Positions 41,250 through 54,723 of a stretch of 64,000 nt of DNA are shown piece by piece (position 1 is the first letter of the stretch; every line of letters starts with the position of its first letter). The position numbers and the translations under genes were made by a program. The notes under the pieces are model-generated. The model was not told the DNA's origin, searched no databases, and saw nothing but the letters and a program-made list of their open reading frames with translations. The DNA lies in NCBI GenBank assembly GCA_036630325.1, contig CP142730.1, forward strand, positions 992,001 through 1,056,000, in the 5' to 3' direction. This DNA comes from Vairimorpha necatrix. Lineage: Eukaryota.

Positions 41250-41900
41250 TGTATCTTTAATTGCGCAAGTGCCATTAAACTGATTTTAGAATCATGATTA
41301 TAACATATTGCTTTATCAGTAGTTTTTGATTCCTTTTAATTTTATTAGAAAATGTTTCATCATTTATTCTATAACATAAAGTGTAACGAGGTATAAAAAT
41401 ATCCGCAGTTTATAAGCAAAAGAAGGGAGCTCATTATCGTGGCCCTGTTGTATAAAACAAGTATTTTGTCTAAAAATATCTTCAATGGCCCTTTTAACAT
41501 ATCTGTCATTAATTATATACTCTTTATAACAGTGAAAAATAAATAATATACTTTTACTTCAATGTAGATATCAATAAAAAATTTCTAACGGAATTTGCAG
41601 AAAATTTAAATAATGGGTATGCCTCTTCCTTTAGACCTAAAATTTTATGATATTCTTTTTTAATATTTACTTCTGTTGTAAATTATTTTCTTTAGATTCA
41701 TTCGAGATTGTAAATTAGAAAATTTCATGCTTAGTAATTGTGTATAAAAAATATCAAAAAAAATTTAACTTGTTATTTGACAATTGAAAATCGTAGATTA
41801 TTTTTACAAATGAATCACAGATTTGTTCATTATTAAAAATTACTTTTAGTATATCTTCATAACTATCAACAGTGTAGGTCATATATCCTCCGAACAAAAT
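41250..41900 (-). pseudogene. Decayed 6-Cys family relic A11 (not in ORF track)
   Basis: Fragments readable across frameshifts and stops: NNEQICDSFVKII, TITKHEIF, HCYKE, NTCFIQQGHDNELPSFAYKL. Confidence 0.8.
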
Positions 41901-44900
41901 TAATTTGATAACGAACAACAATCACAGCAAATAGAGGCTTTATTTCAATTCTAAAATACTTTTTAAATATAAAAAAGATTAGATGAGACGATTTTAGAAT
42001 TTATATCTGTTACTTTAGGATTGATATTTACACACTTCTATCAGCCATTCTTATCAACTATAATAGATGTATTACGATGTTAATAGCCTTAAATTTCTCA
42101 ATTACAACCATATTAAAGACACAATACAATAAAAACTTTTAAATACTAGTTAATTATATCATCATATATATGTAATAGTTTTATTTAATTTTTTACCCCC
42201 AAAGTTTTTTGTGGTTTTGAAATATTGAAACTGCGTATTTGATCGAATCGTGTTAAACCAACAACAAATGTATATTTTATGGTCTATTTTGATTCTTGTA
42301 ATGTGTATATTATATGTTAATACTTTAATGTTTTTTTTTTTATTATTTTTTAAAAACTTAGTCTTAAAATACTGTCAGAATCGTTTTTTAGAACTTATTT
42401 AACCCTTCCGCAAGAAAATTCAAAAACAGTCTACAAATAAAGGATTAATATAGGTGTCGAAAATTGAATTTAAAAACATAAGAAAGTCATTCTATTGAAT
42501 CATATAGATTTATCTGACCTAAATTTTGTTCAAGTCAAATTCAATAGCTAATTTTGTTTATTTTAGAAATTACATCTATGCTTTAGTCATTCTAAAAAAA
42601 TGGAAACTGAAAAGAATAAAGTAGGTGGTAAATACCATAAACAAAATATATATCATGTTTGCAAAACGTGAAAGCATATGCTGCTATAAATAATTGATTT
42701 TATGTTAGCAGAAAAAAAATACAAGTAAATCAAAATTCATAAATTTTTAATTGATGTCATTATAATGTTTTTTTGCAATGAAATATTTATAAAATTGTTT
42801 GATTCATGTGTATTCTGTTTACTAATTTGAAAAATAAAATTATAGCTTTAGTCTGTTCCAAACATCTAAATTACATAAAAATTGCACTCAATGTGAATTA
42901 AAATGAGTAATACATTTTGTAGTAAAATTAATTTGAAATAAATATTTTTTGTTTTGTTATTTCCTCTATTCTGCCAATCTAAAGATTGTATAAAAGACAA
43001 ATCTAATCTATTATATAAGTAGAATAAATATTAATTAGCTTTTAAAGATTATAAAACATTAACTTGTCGTACAAAGGAAAAAATAAATATAAATTTCACC
43101 GGTAACATAGAAATATGAAGAATACAAACTAATCAAATATAGAAATCATATAAATAATAAAATCAAAAATGCTACTTCTAAATATTCATTCAAATTTCAT
43201 TATATTATCGAAGATATAATCTATAAAACCTTTTAAACCTATTGATCTTCATTTTTTGCTTCAATTACTTCGGTCTGGAATAAAACTTGATAGTTTATTA
43301 TATTTGTTTTTTCTAGATAAATTCTTAATTTAATCTGGTACTGTATTGATTATAAATTTAAATATAATTAAAATATTGTTACACAATCTTCTTGGAAAAG
43401 ACCATAGAGCCTAGAAGCTAACGCAGAACCTATTTTTGTTAAAAAAGAAATATGAACTACATTAAGCATACCCTAATTAAATTAATAAATTTCACAATCT
43501 TATTACTTAAGTTGAAAACACTTAAGTTTAAACAATAGATCAAAATTTTTAATTTAAAGATACTGTTTTAGATTTTAAAAGAAAATAAAGCATAATAAAA
43601 AATAAAAAAATTTTGTCATAAACTTTGATTTAATTAGGGATTTACACAAATATTCTTTTATTTCTTCTAAATATATGTATAGTTGAATAGGCCAAAAGTC
43701 CAATTAAGAATCTACATATATTTACCATATTATCACTAAAAGGTCTTTTTTGGATTGAAATTTCTACAACAGCTTGTATTTTAATATGCAAGAAAAGGCC
43801 TTTGTTCGATCATCATGTGCTATTTTTAATAATTTAATAATGCAATGACCAGGACACAAAATAGAAGATAATAGAATCATAATTTATTTTATGAACATGC
43901 AATAGAATAAAAAAAATTTTAATGCCACTAAAGCAATATTAAGTTTGGGATTAACCATTACAGTAACAAAATCAATAAAAGTTTCACTCTGATAATCTTT
44001 TTTTGTCTTTTTATTTTATTTATTTGAACTGTAAGTTTTTGTGCTATTTTAAGTCTATAGTTACGTTTTATAAGTAATTTATTAATATAAAAAATTCTAA
44101 AGCTCATTTTTTAGGCTGACACATAAATTACTATAAGGAATTGTTAAAAGCTTTTTCGCATAATATAAATTCTTGTGACAGATATAAAGATTTTGTGTGT
44201 ATAAATATCTATATGTTTTTACAAATAAAACTTTATTTGTACATTTTCGTTTACACTTCATAGAATCCTTTATTAAAAATTATACCTTTAAACTCAGTTT
44301 TAAAAACTTTTTAGTTTGTTTTCTGATGTTTCAGCTAAAAAAACATTTGTAATTGCTTATGCTGATAACATTCTTACATGTTGATTGCCATTGTCATTAA
44401 TAAAATCTTCTCGTCCAGGTTAGAGTCACCTACATTTTAAATTAACCAAAACTGAAAAAAAAAACAAAAAAATATTAATGAATCTAATGAGCACCTTAAT
44501 ATTACAAGAAAATAAAGTCATATTGTATATCTTTATAAATTTTTTCTTAACAAAGGTGTAAAACCTAACAAGTGCTGTACTTAAGCATAGGATAAACAAT
44601 CCAATTGCTCTATTTCTACATATAATTCATGAATGAAAGAAAAGTACATAAGAAAATGTAATCGTGCAAGTTGGGCGAAAAGGTAGTTGACGTGTAAAAT
44701 GCAATTTTTAAAAAATACCTTAAATTTTTGTAAAAAATAGTTTTGAGATTATAGTTATCTAATTTTATACTATATTTATATGAATAAATGCTTTTCTGTC
44801 AAATATATTTTAATTTTTTATACAAGCTTCTAAAAGCTATAAAATCATGTTAGATATTTATGTGGGCTTATATACAAAACGGAAAATTTTAATAATTTTT

Positions 44901-45149
44901 TTAAATATTTTTTTGTTGTAAAATTTTGTAGCTTAGAGTTTTTTAAAAAATTACTTAAAAAAATGATTAATGTTTTTGATTAATTAATTTTCGTAAAAAA
45001 AAATCAAAAAATATTATAATATCTACCGAAGGAATGGCTTTATTTATTTAAAAAACAGGCAATATTTTATATTTCACAAAATCAATTAGTAGGTTAATTT
45101 ATAACTAAATTTTGATTAAACTATTTATTTGAATATAGGTATTGCCCCC

Positions 45150-46202
45150 ATGAAACATGATATGGGAATTTTTAACTTCTTAGCTCAATTAATCTTCTTC
45201 TTAAAAACATGTTTATGTACTTCCAATGGTATAGACTATAATAGTAATCGAATTAAAATTTGTCAAACACTAGGTGGTGTTGCTGAGGTAACTGGCTATC
45301 CCTCAATTATATCTGAAAAGTACGTAGAAATGGTTTGGGAAATTGTAACAAAACATGATGTTTTCATAAATTTTCTTGCTAAAAATAAATTAAAAATTTA
45401 TTGGGCAGAAAGGATTGTTTTTTTAAAGGAGGCATTTACAGAAATTGTAAAGCCCAAGTTCGGCTTAAAATTACCTAATCCTTTTTCACTAGAAAATTAT
45501 AGCATATCGGAACAATGTTTTATTAATGACCTTATAAATGTCACGACCGGATTATATAAGCAGTTTGGCCTTTGCTATAATAATGCACTAGATAATTCGA
45601 CACATGCTAGAAAATGGACGAGAATAGTATATGAAAATACATGTTATAAACCGAACGGGAAAGGGAACTTACCGTCAGTAATTTATAGAAAGTGCGACGA
45701 ATTAAAGAATTATTTTGAAAATTGTTTTGGATTGGAGGGAAAAGACAATATAACAAAAATCTTAAAAAAAAACGAGCACGATCTTAAAAATTCAATTTGT
45801 CATGATAGTACCCCATTTAAATTGGCACTTCAAAATGATATTTTTAAATCTAAATATTTTAAAAATAATATTAATTCTGATGCTCTTGTTAGTGATACTG
45901 TTATAAAAACAAATGATAACTTAGAAAGTGATAATGATTATGAAGTCGAAAATGCTAGCTTTTTGAAAAAAAATCAAATTGATTTATTTTTCAGTGAAAA
46001 TTATCGATTTATAACGACAATGTGTATAATAATTTCTATAGCTGCTTTCATGCTTTTAATGTATCATTTTCTGTTTAAAAAGTTGTTTAGTTCAAAAGTT
46101 CATCCATACAAGAAAGCTGTTATTGTAAAAACAAGAATCAACAATGGCAATCATTTGAAAAATAATTTCTATGATAATCCTACGATATATTTGTATCAAT
46201 AA
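45150..46202 (+). CDS. 6-Cys type I membrane family, subfamily B member B1 (350 aa)
   Basis: Start moved to GCCCCC-ATG. KICQTLGGVAEVTGYP, VWEIVTKHDVF, EQCFINDLI, LCYN, NTCYK, LPSVIYRKC, NCFG, SIC, TM helix. Confidence 0.9.
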   Translation: MKHDMGIFNFLAQLIFFLKTCLCTSNGIDYNSNRIKICQTLGGVAEVTGYPSIISEKYVEMVWEIVTKHDVFINFLAKNKLKIYWAERIVFLKEAFTEIVKPKFGLKLPNPFSLENYSISEQCFINDLINVTTGLYKQFGLCYNNALDNSTHARKWTRIVYENTCYKPNGKGNLPSVIYRKCDELKNYFENCFGLEGKDNITKILKKNEHDLKNSICHDSTPFKLALQNDIFKSKYFKNNINSDALVSDTVIKTNDNLESDNDYEVENASFLKKNQIDLFFSENYRFITTMCIIISIAAFMLLMYHFLFKKLFSSKVHPYKKAVIVKTRINNGNHLKNNFYDNPTIYLYQ

Positions 46203-49200
46203 TTCGTTTATTAAAAATTTATTTTTACTGTTGCATGTTAAAGAAAATAATTGACGATATATGTTTAATTAATTTATATTTTTACTTGTATTTAACAAAA
46301 ACGTTTTCTTATGTGCAGTAAAAAAAAAACAATTTAAATTAGATAGATAATTTTTTATTCTAGTTTCTGACAAATAGTCATCAAAAAACTGCCTCTACTA
46401 GTTATTTGTTTATAAGAATTTTAATTATCATTTAAGTAATAAGAGATAAAGTTTTTACGAAAATAAGTAATAGGGATATTTAGTTCTGTATACTTTAAAA
46501 AAAATTTCTTATGATTTTATGAAGATGATAATTTTCTTAAAAGTCTTCTTATTCAATAAAATTGATTGTATTCAAACATTATTAATCTAAAATTATACAT
46601 TAAATATACATATCAATTATACATGTACACGAATTAGAATATGATTCAATTTTATACACGTTCTAATTCATAAATTAGTTTTAATAATTATAGTGACCAA
46701 ATAGCTCGTTTAATATAATTAGCATTTAAATTCTAATATTAATAACCTATCTCTTAAATAGTGCGCAAGGGTCATGATTTTTATATATAAAAAAATATAG
46801 GTTTGCAATTGGAAAATGAATACTCGTTTCGTAAATAGAAATTTTTGCTGTAGTGTGTCAGATCACGACCTAAACATATGAATCGATTAAAGACGGTTTA
46901 TCGGGTATATTAAAAAAAAGTTGCCAGTTAAGTCACATAAAGCTTTGTTTGTAATCATTTAAATAAGATTATCAATTATATATTTTGATAGTTAAATTTG
47001 TACATTTCTATATAATATCTATTATAATGTTTTCAACCTATATGTTGAATTTTAACCTTAAAAATATATGACAAAACTTGTCACGCGACATAATTCCTGT
47101 GCCTAGTATGGTCAAGTAGGACTCTAAGACTTAAACCCCTCAGCTGCCACGCCTTAAAACAGCCGAGTTATAGACGTAAACAAATACGTCTTCGTCAACA
47201 AACAATGATGAATAAGAAAATGTCTAATCTGGTGAATAATGTAAGAATATGGAAAGTTGTACAAGGGACCAGCTTTCCCTCCAATGAATTATAAGTTTGA
47301 CATTTAATAAAAATAAAATATAAAAAGATGAATTTTTAGCCTGTACGTTGGCACGAAAGATTTAAAAATCAATAAAAATTTTAAGAATAATTAGATTTTA
47401 AACAAGCCGAGCGGCCAGGAAGGCATCTAGCACCACAAAACTAATTTTATTAAGAAAGTCTAATTAACATTTTTGTGTTAAAAAAATTATTCTGGTGATG
47501 CAAAATTTTTAGATAAAAAATTAAATCCCTTTAATGATGTCAAGTATATTGTATTAATATAACCTAATTATTAACGTTAATTATATAAAAAGTAGCAATT
47601 TTATTAGTAAAAAATGTTACACATTAAGTAGTGTTGCAGATATTGGCCAGTCGTTTATACCACCATTGGCTTTTTTTGAAATTTTATAAAATATCATTAC
47701 AGAGCATGAATACCTATAAAAGTGTTTAGAAAATCGCTCGATATATTTTTTATTTGAAAAACGAAATTTAAAACAAAGCTTGCATATTTATAATTAGGTA
47801 TGTCCGAATTGATATAAAGGCAAGAGGGCGTTTTCATCAAGAAAAATTTGTACAGAATGAACAAAAATTTCTTGCTTATGTTGTAGGTACCACAAAAAAA
47901 TAAGTTCTTTAAAATCTTGAGTTTTTGTTACAAAATTCCTCGAGAGTGGGGTACCAAAGGAAGATACAATTGAAGATATGATACTTAACAATTGTGTTTT
48001 TTTCCAAAAGCTATTAATAAATGACATGTATTGCTTATAAAATGTTGAAAGGCCAATTAAAGTGATCTATAGGTTGTAAATCGGAGATAAGAATGACAAA
48101 TTACATTTAATAAATTAAAAAAAAAAGTTATAAAGATTCTGTGTGTTATAATAATATTCTTTCTGCTCATTATGGTAATTCTTACATAACATATACTACC
48201 ATAATGATGAATCTATTGTAAATAGCACTGTTAAGTTTCTCGACTTCTTATGTTAAATAAATCAAAATTTTTTACTAGAAATGACCAACCTGGACTTGAT
48301 ATATCGATCATAAAGATTTAGTTTTTTTTTACGTTAATTATTCTTTAATACAACTTATATTAGCGTACTTTTTCTGTGCTTTTTATATTATTTTGTATTA
48401 AGAAATTACTGCCACAAAAAATGAAAGAAAAAGAAACAATTATGAATGTGGTATTATAAATATTACAAATCATTTATTTTTATTTTTTCAATTTTCCTTT
48501 TTTAAAAAATTGACCATTCGACCGGTCTATTCCAAAAATCAAATATTTATTTCTTTTTTGCCCTGACCCCCACCGGATCATGAAAAAGATTACGATCATT
48601 TCCCTTGGAAGAGAAGACCAGTGAAGGGCTATGCAGCTAGGGATCAGACTTCCGTAAAGGATGCCCAACGAAGCCATAATAAAAACAATAAAACAATTAG
48701 TTTTATAAAATTTTATTTATTTAGAGGTAGCTCCTCTGGATTACGTCAATGAAGAAAAAAAGTTTTGATTTTCAAAAAAAATTTGACCTACAAAAAATAC
48801 TTGAAATTTATGTATAGATTGTTCTTTAGTTTGGAATTCAGGGGTTTTAATGATTAGGGTTATTATTTTTTGTTAGTTTCTAAGATAATATTTATAAATT
48901 TTATTGAGTGTTTAATGTAAAGTCTTTCTAGGTTTAATAAATTACAACAAAACAGACTGTGTAGTTCTGTAATACTGGTGTGTATATGCATTTAACAAGA
49001 TTTGACAATTGAGTTTTTTTCTTTGCAAGTAAAAGATGGGGCGAAAGCTTACATAAGGACCAAAGGGATTTGAGCTGTATCCACATTAAAATGGTACTTT
49101 GAATTTTTATCTAAAATACTCTTAATATAACTTTTCAACGCAGCAAGCTGCCATATACATTGAACTTTGGCTTCAGGAGAACACTTTCCATTTATGACTC

Positions 49201-49953
49201 AAAATGCGTCCAGAGTGATCTCGTCCCGGATATACTTAACGGAATTGGTTAATTATAACTCAAGGATAGACGTCATCGTACTAATTCAAAAGTCACTATA
49301 ATCATCTGTAATGCACACACGATTCCTACATGCCCACACCATCATCCCAGCGTTTTTTATTGAGTTGCGTTGACCTCCAGTCTTCCAATAGTTTCTGCAA
49401 TTGTGCTTAGAATCTTGTAGAATAGGGTTCACTAGACCGTCCATTGTCCTACTTCGTATAGTCTCTTAGTTAGCTCATAATCTCGCACTAAAAACATATA
49501 TCATGGGCTCAAATTAGGTACCACAGGGGTGATGCTGTTTTTCGGTCATGAGGCCGTTCCTACACTAGATGCTAATTCTCTTCTGGCTGGGGCACACACA
49601 AGTTTCCTTGAATCAACTTAATAATTATCATAGATTTTTGAATAATCTGGGTTAATTTATCCGTACACATGAAAATAGAAGCAATTTGGTGTCCAAGAGA
49701 TTAAATACAGCCATTGCTTGCTCAATGGATTATCGCCGTGACAACAAAGACTTTAATGATGACTTTTTTGATTTATTTTTATATTTAGACTTATAGATAT
49801 ATTTAAATTATATAATGTATATTTGAATTGTCTGGATCTACTAAGACCGTCGGTGTTCGTGATTCAGTGCAATCATTTTTAATATGATAATGATATATAT
49901 TAAGCCACTTTTATGTTAGACAACAGTTAGTAATAACAAATTATAATATTATT

Positions 49954-51245
49954 GGCGCTACTTAAAAATTCGCACCCCCTAAAAAAATTACATTGACCAA
50001 TTAAATTTATATAAAAAAAAAATTTTTAACACTTAAAATTATATTTAAAACAATATTTTTATGAAAATATGAATTTACAAAAGTTAAAATATTTAAAAAA
50101 ACAGTTATAACATATTATTTAGTTCAAAAATTTAATTACTATAACATAGGAAAAATATCAAATATTTTTACGAAGGCTAATTTGATTGTAAATGGTTTTG
50201 AATATTCTATATTTTCCTTTTTCCATTTAAACTCATCTAACCAACATTTAATTCTTATTTTATTAATTCCTCCACGCTTTCTATAATCATGCTTAAGATG
50301 CGACCACATATTTTCTACATAATTTGTATTTTGTCCTTCTTCATTACAAAATCCCATAGAGTGATTTACCACACTATGGTGAGAACCAAATTTACTTATA
50401 GCCCGTGAATAGGATGGATAACCATCAGTTACTATATCCGTGCCTACTTTTACATATTTTTTTAATATTAGTAAAATCGTTTCCCATTTTCTATTGGGTA
50501 TTAGTTGCACAAAAAAACTCTCTACAATTTCCTTCCAACACACCTCCTATTATCCACTGAATTCCAGGTTCAGAATCCAATCGACTTGACGGATTCGATA
50601 CTATAATTCCATTACAAATAGCTGTTTCGTCTATTTGTATCCTCTGACCAACTCCACCTATCGTTGTAACAACAGTAGAAGACTTGGAAATTGTTTTCAT
50701 TATTATTTCTTTTACAGAAATATATGTTGGTTCAGAAGTTTCACACATGTTGATAGCCTGAAAATTAGTATATGACAAACACCAACCATAAATGCAACGA
50801 AGAATTTTTTTTAAATTAAATATCTAAAGATTCATATTTAGAACCTTTATTTAATGAACATCTTCGTTACAAATTTTTTTGCTACATTTGTGCCCCGTTC
50901 CTTGAGAAAACAAAGATATGTTTTGAATAAACATAATTCCTTTGCACTGATCATTAGTACAGGGAATACAATTATATAACAAGTTGTTCTTCAATCCGTA
51001 GTCGATTGCCCTGTCATAGTCAGTGAAAATAGGATTGTATGGATTGAATTGAAGCATTTCGTCCATCATCCTGCTCATTATAAGGGATAGATAAAATAAA
51101 AAAATTTCACGTTCAAAATACCATTACTTAAAAATTCGCACCCCCGGAAAAAAATCCTTTAAAATTTGATTTAATCTCATTTTATACTAAATAATTTTTT
51201 CAGTGAACGTATTTTTTTAGGGGGTGCGAATTTTTAAGTAGCGCC
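49954..51245 (-). mobile_element. Full-length Merlin transposon (1292 bp) with perfect TIRs and 8-bp TSD
   Basis: 35-bp perfect TIR GGCGCTACTTAAAAATTCGCACCCCCTAAAAAAAT at both ends. TSD ATATTATT at 49946-49953 and 51246-51253. Confidence 0.95.
50139..51078 (-). pseudogene. Merlin/ISXO2 transposase split by several frameshifts
   Basis: Three ORF pieces carrying CIPC/CKG/KCSKKIC, IGGVGQRIQIDET, WIIGGV, VTDGYPSY, VVNHSMGF, TNYVENMWSHLK, WLDEFKW. One frameshift is an extra base in the A7 run at 50511-50517. Confidence 0.92.
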
Positions 51246-51946
51246 ATATTATTTTATTTTTTATTTAAATAAATTGGAGTCTTAAGATTGAAATATTTGT
51301 TTTTAATAGAATCAGTCGAGTTGAATATCTTTCTATATAAATTATTTATAAGTTTTAAATATTTTAATTAGTAGCATTTGATTGTTCAATCGGATTAAAA
51401 GATAATTTTTGATTTTGTAAAATTGTCGTTGTTATGTGTTTATTCGTGTATTTATTATATATGAAAATGTAGTTGATTTTTTTTATACCAAGGTTAAATC
51501 TTTTAAGATTTACTTTCGAGTTCTAATTTAGGTATTTATGATGATCGATGTATATTATTCAGTATAAAAATTTATATTTTTGATTTTTTTATATAATAAA
51601 GTTCAAAAAAAATCACATAAATGATATAAATGTTAAATTGAAAATTCAAAATTTTTTTAGTTATATTTAAATAAATTTTTTTGTGAATCATAAAAAATCG
51701 ATAAAATTCAGTTTGGAAATGATTTACAGGCGTTAACGATATACATTAATCTCTAATGTATCAAATAATTTACCATACTTTTTCTATTATCTTTTATCAT
51801 AATTTTATTTACAAATGATTGTAAAACTGTGAGTAAAGCCATATAGTTCTTTATCTTTGAAAGTTTTTTATAATTATATTTTTAAAATGTAAAAAAAGAA
51901 TCATTTTTTATTTTGATGTTACTTAAATAAATCTTACAAAAACCAT

Positions 51947-52542
51947 AGGCGGGTACCAAAAATATTCTTCTCAGGGGGAGTTAACTTAATTTTTTTGAAC
52001 CTTAAAAATAAAGTGCAAAAAAAAAACAGAAGCGGTAAGAGGGCAAAAATAACAAAGTACTTATATGTTAAAAATATTAATTTAACATAAATATATAACA
52101 AAAATTGATTTAAACAATAAAATACTATACATAAATTTAATACAAATTTTTGTCAGCTAATTCCTTTTGTTTTTTTTTCAATATTTAAAATAAAAGGGGT
52201 TTCTTTCATAAATCTTCTTCTATAATAAACTGACTGTTAAAAAGGAATACTAGTCAGATATCGAATTGTTAAACACGACTTCTACATTCTACACAAAATT
52301 TAAAATAAACAAAAATCAACATTAAAATAGTCTATTAATTAGAGAAGAATAGTCTTAAAAAATTTTAATTATTTAAAAATATATTTTACATACAAATAAA
52401 TTTTTATTTGGTGTTTTTACTGTTTAAATATAGTATTGGTTCTAGTGCTATGCTTGTCCTTTTTTTTTTTGCACTTCATTTTTAAGGTTCAGGAAAAAAA
52501 AAAACACCCTTTAAGGAGGGGGTATTTATAATCCTTACCCCC
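51947..52542. mobile_element. MITE (596 bp) with 9-bp TSD, TIR core related to Merlin copy 3
   Basis: AAAAACCAT at 51938-51946 and 52543-52551. Inverted GAACCTTAAAAAT[A/G]AAGTGCAAAAAAAAAA near both ends, resembling GAACTCCAAAAATGAAGTGCAAAAAAA at ~61107-61133. Confidence 0.75.
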
Positions 52543-53517
52543 AAAAACCATTCGGAAAATATAAAAGAATTAGATTATGCAAAAAGTATCAAATATTACA
52601 AATTTAAAATTTATAAATTTTGCACTGCATTTGTTTATTATTAAATATCAAGAATGAATATAGTATCAGGTTATATTAATTAATCTATAAATTTCTAAAT
52701 CAATATTTATTGTTCTTTACTTACGCATTTTTTTTGTATACATTGAATCTACAAATATATTTCCTTTAATGTAAAGTCTAAATTTCTTAAATTTTTAATT
52801 TTTTTTTGATAATTTATAAGAGAACTCTGATTTTATATTTTTAAGTAATTTAAATGGTACGAAAAATCTTTGCCTAAACATATTTTTACAAACAATTCTC
52901 TGTCCACTAAAATTTTAATAATGAGGTTAAGAATAAAAAATAGAAATTTTTCAATTGCAGGCATTACAACGCATATCGTTCTAGAATTAATTAAAATTTA
53001 TACGAAATGCAACATCATAGAAATACATTGTATTTCGTAGTTCTAGAAATCTTTATATAGTTGTTTTTATTATATAACAAATATTGTATTGATGAAAATG
53101 AATTTTATTTAACTAAACAGAGCATATTTTCATTTTTTTTTTCTATTGTTGGCGATTTATCTATAGTATATAATTTATAACAAATAAAGTCAGATAAAAT
53201 TTCTATGAAATTATGATATTAAATAAATATATGGAAAATTTTACAATTATGTTGATTATATATGTATTTATGCTTTAAATATGATATTACACATGATAAA
53301 TACTAATTATTTTTGATTGTTTTTATTGATCAAAAATAATAACCAAATAGTTTACCCTAAGTTTACAATAATTTTTTTATCTCAAGTCATTTCTCCTATA
53401 TAACATTATTGGAAAATGTATTACTAGAATGAAATTTTTCTTGCAAAAAATACAATGTTTTCGTGAAATTTAAACTAAGATCGATTTATTAAAAAATTAC
53501 TTATGGTGCCCCCCCCA

Positions 53518-54723
53518 ATGAAACAGTTTATAATTTTTATCAGTTTAATATATAATAATACTAATAGAATCAGTAACGTTATAAGTAAAAGTATGTATAT
53601 AAAGAACCACCATAAAATTTGTGATACAACGAATGGTGTAGCAGAAATAACAGGACAACCTGCCATTGCTCCAAAAATTTTTATTGAGATGATATGGAAC
53701 ATCGTAACTGATCATTCTGCCTTTAAATATTTCGTAAGTAATAATATTACAACATATCCTTTTTATAATAAAGAAATTAAATTAAAAAAAGCGTATCAAA
53801 AATTAGCAAAACATATGTTTAGTTTGAAAAGTAGAAAATTTAATTACCACACAAGATTTAATACAAATGAACAAACTTTTATTAATGACATGATAGGTGT
53901 TGCAACTGGATATTATAAAATGTTAGGCTTATGTTATAAGAATGTTCTTGATAAGGCGATTTTCGTGGAGGTCAAAGCTAAAGAAATAATGAATAGAAAC
54001 ATATGTTTTATACCCAATCGTGAAAACGAGTTACCTGTAGTTGTATATAAATTGTGCAACGGGGTAGTAAAGTTTTATGTAAATTGTAGGATTGGTACCA
54101 AAAGCAAAATATTAAATTTAATAAAACAAACAAAAGAACAAATATCGACTTCTTATTGTTTTAATAATTTAAAAAAAAGTGATATTTCTGGTGTTAAACT
54201 GCAAAATTTAGTTAATAATACACGTGATACTAATATTATTGATTATACAACGAGTATTTCTAATATAAACACTAATACTACTATATACGAAGGTGTTTCT
54301 TTTTCCAACGTTACTTATCCTTACATCATTCCTAGTGTTCTCAATAATAACACCATTGATAATGCTATTACTTTCCAAACTTATTTTGTTAATGATTTTG
54401 CTAATAATAGCGACGTAAAGAACATAAAAATATCAGAATTCTCTATTAATGACGATTACAAATTAAATATTGATAAAACAAATAGTAATACAAAAAATTC
54501 AATAATTAATGACAGAAGTACGTCATTTAATAAGATTTTTTCTTTAATACCGACGACAATTGTTGCCATTGTTATTATAATTATACTGGTGGTTTTATAT
54601 TATTTTTTATATAAGAAATATTTTGTCTCTGATAATCGTCGTTATATGAGAAGGTCAAGAAGAAGTAAAGATTTGGGAGTTTTTAGAATAGATGAAATTG
54701 TCGAATGTACAACAACACTTTGA
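53518..54723 (+). CDS. 6-Cys type I membrane family, subfamily B member B2 (401 aa)
   Basis: Start moved to C8-A-ATG. HHKICDTTNGVAEITGQP, IWNIVTDHSAF, GVATGYYKMLGLCYK, NICFI, LPVVVYKLCNG, NC, SYC, long Asn/Thr stalk, TM helix. Confidence 0.92.
   Translation: MKQFIIFISLIYNNTNRISNVISKSMYIKNHHKICDTTNGVAEITGQPAIAPKIFIEMIWNIVTDHSAFKYFVSNNITTYPFYNKEIKLKKAYQKLAKHMFSLKSRKFNYHTRFNTNEQTFINDMIGVATGYYKMLGLCYKNVLDKAIFVEVKAKEIMNRNICFIPNRENELPVVVYKLCNGVVKFYVNCRIGTKSKILNLIKQTKEQISTSYCFNNLKKSDISGVKLQNLVNNTRDTNIIDYTTSISNINTNTTIYEGVSFSNVTYPYIIPSVLNNNTIDNAITFQTYFVNDFANNSDVKNIKISEFSINDDYKLNIDKTNSNTKNSIINDRSTSFNKIFSLIPTTIVAIVIIIILVVLYYFLYKKYFVSDNRRYMRRSRRSKDLGVFRIDEIVECTTTL

Noticed and set aside
47400-47435. GC-rich mini-hairpin followed by CTAG as a Helitron 3' end
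   Set aside because: The stem is only 3-4 bp, the next base is not T, and no 5' end or second copy was found.
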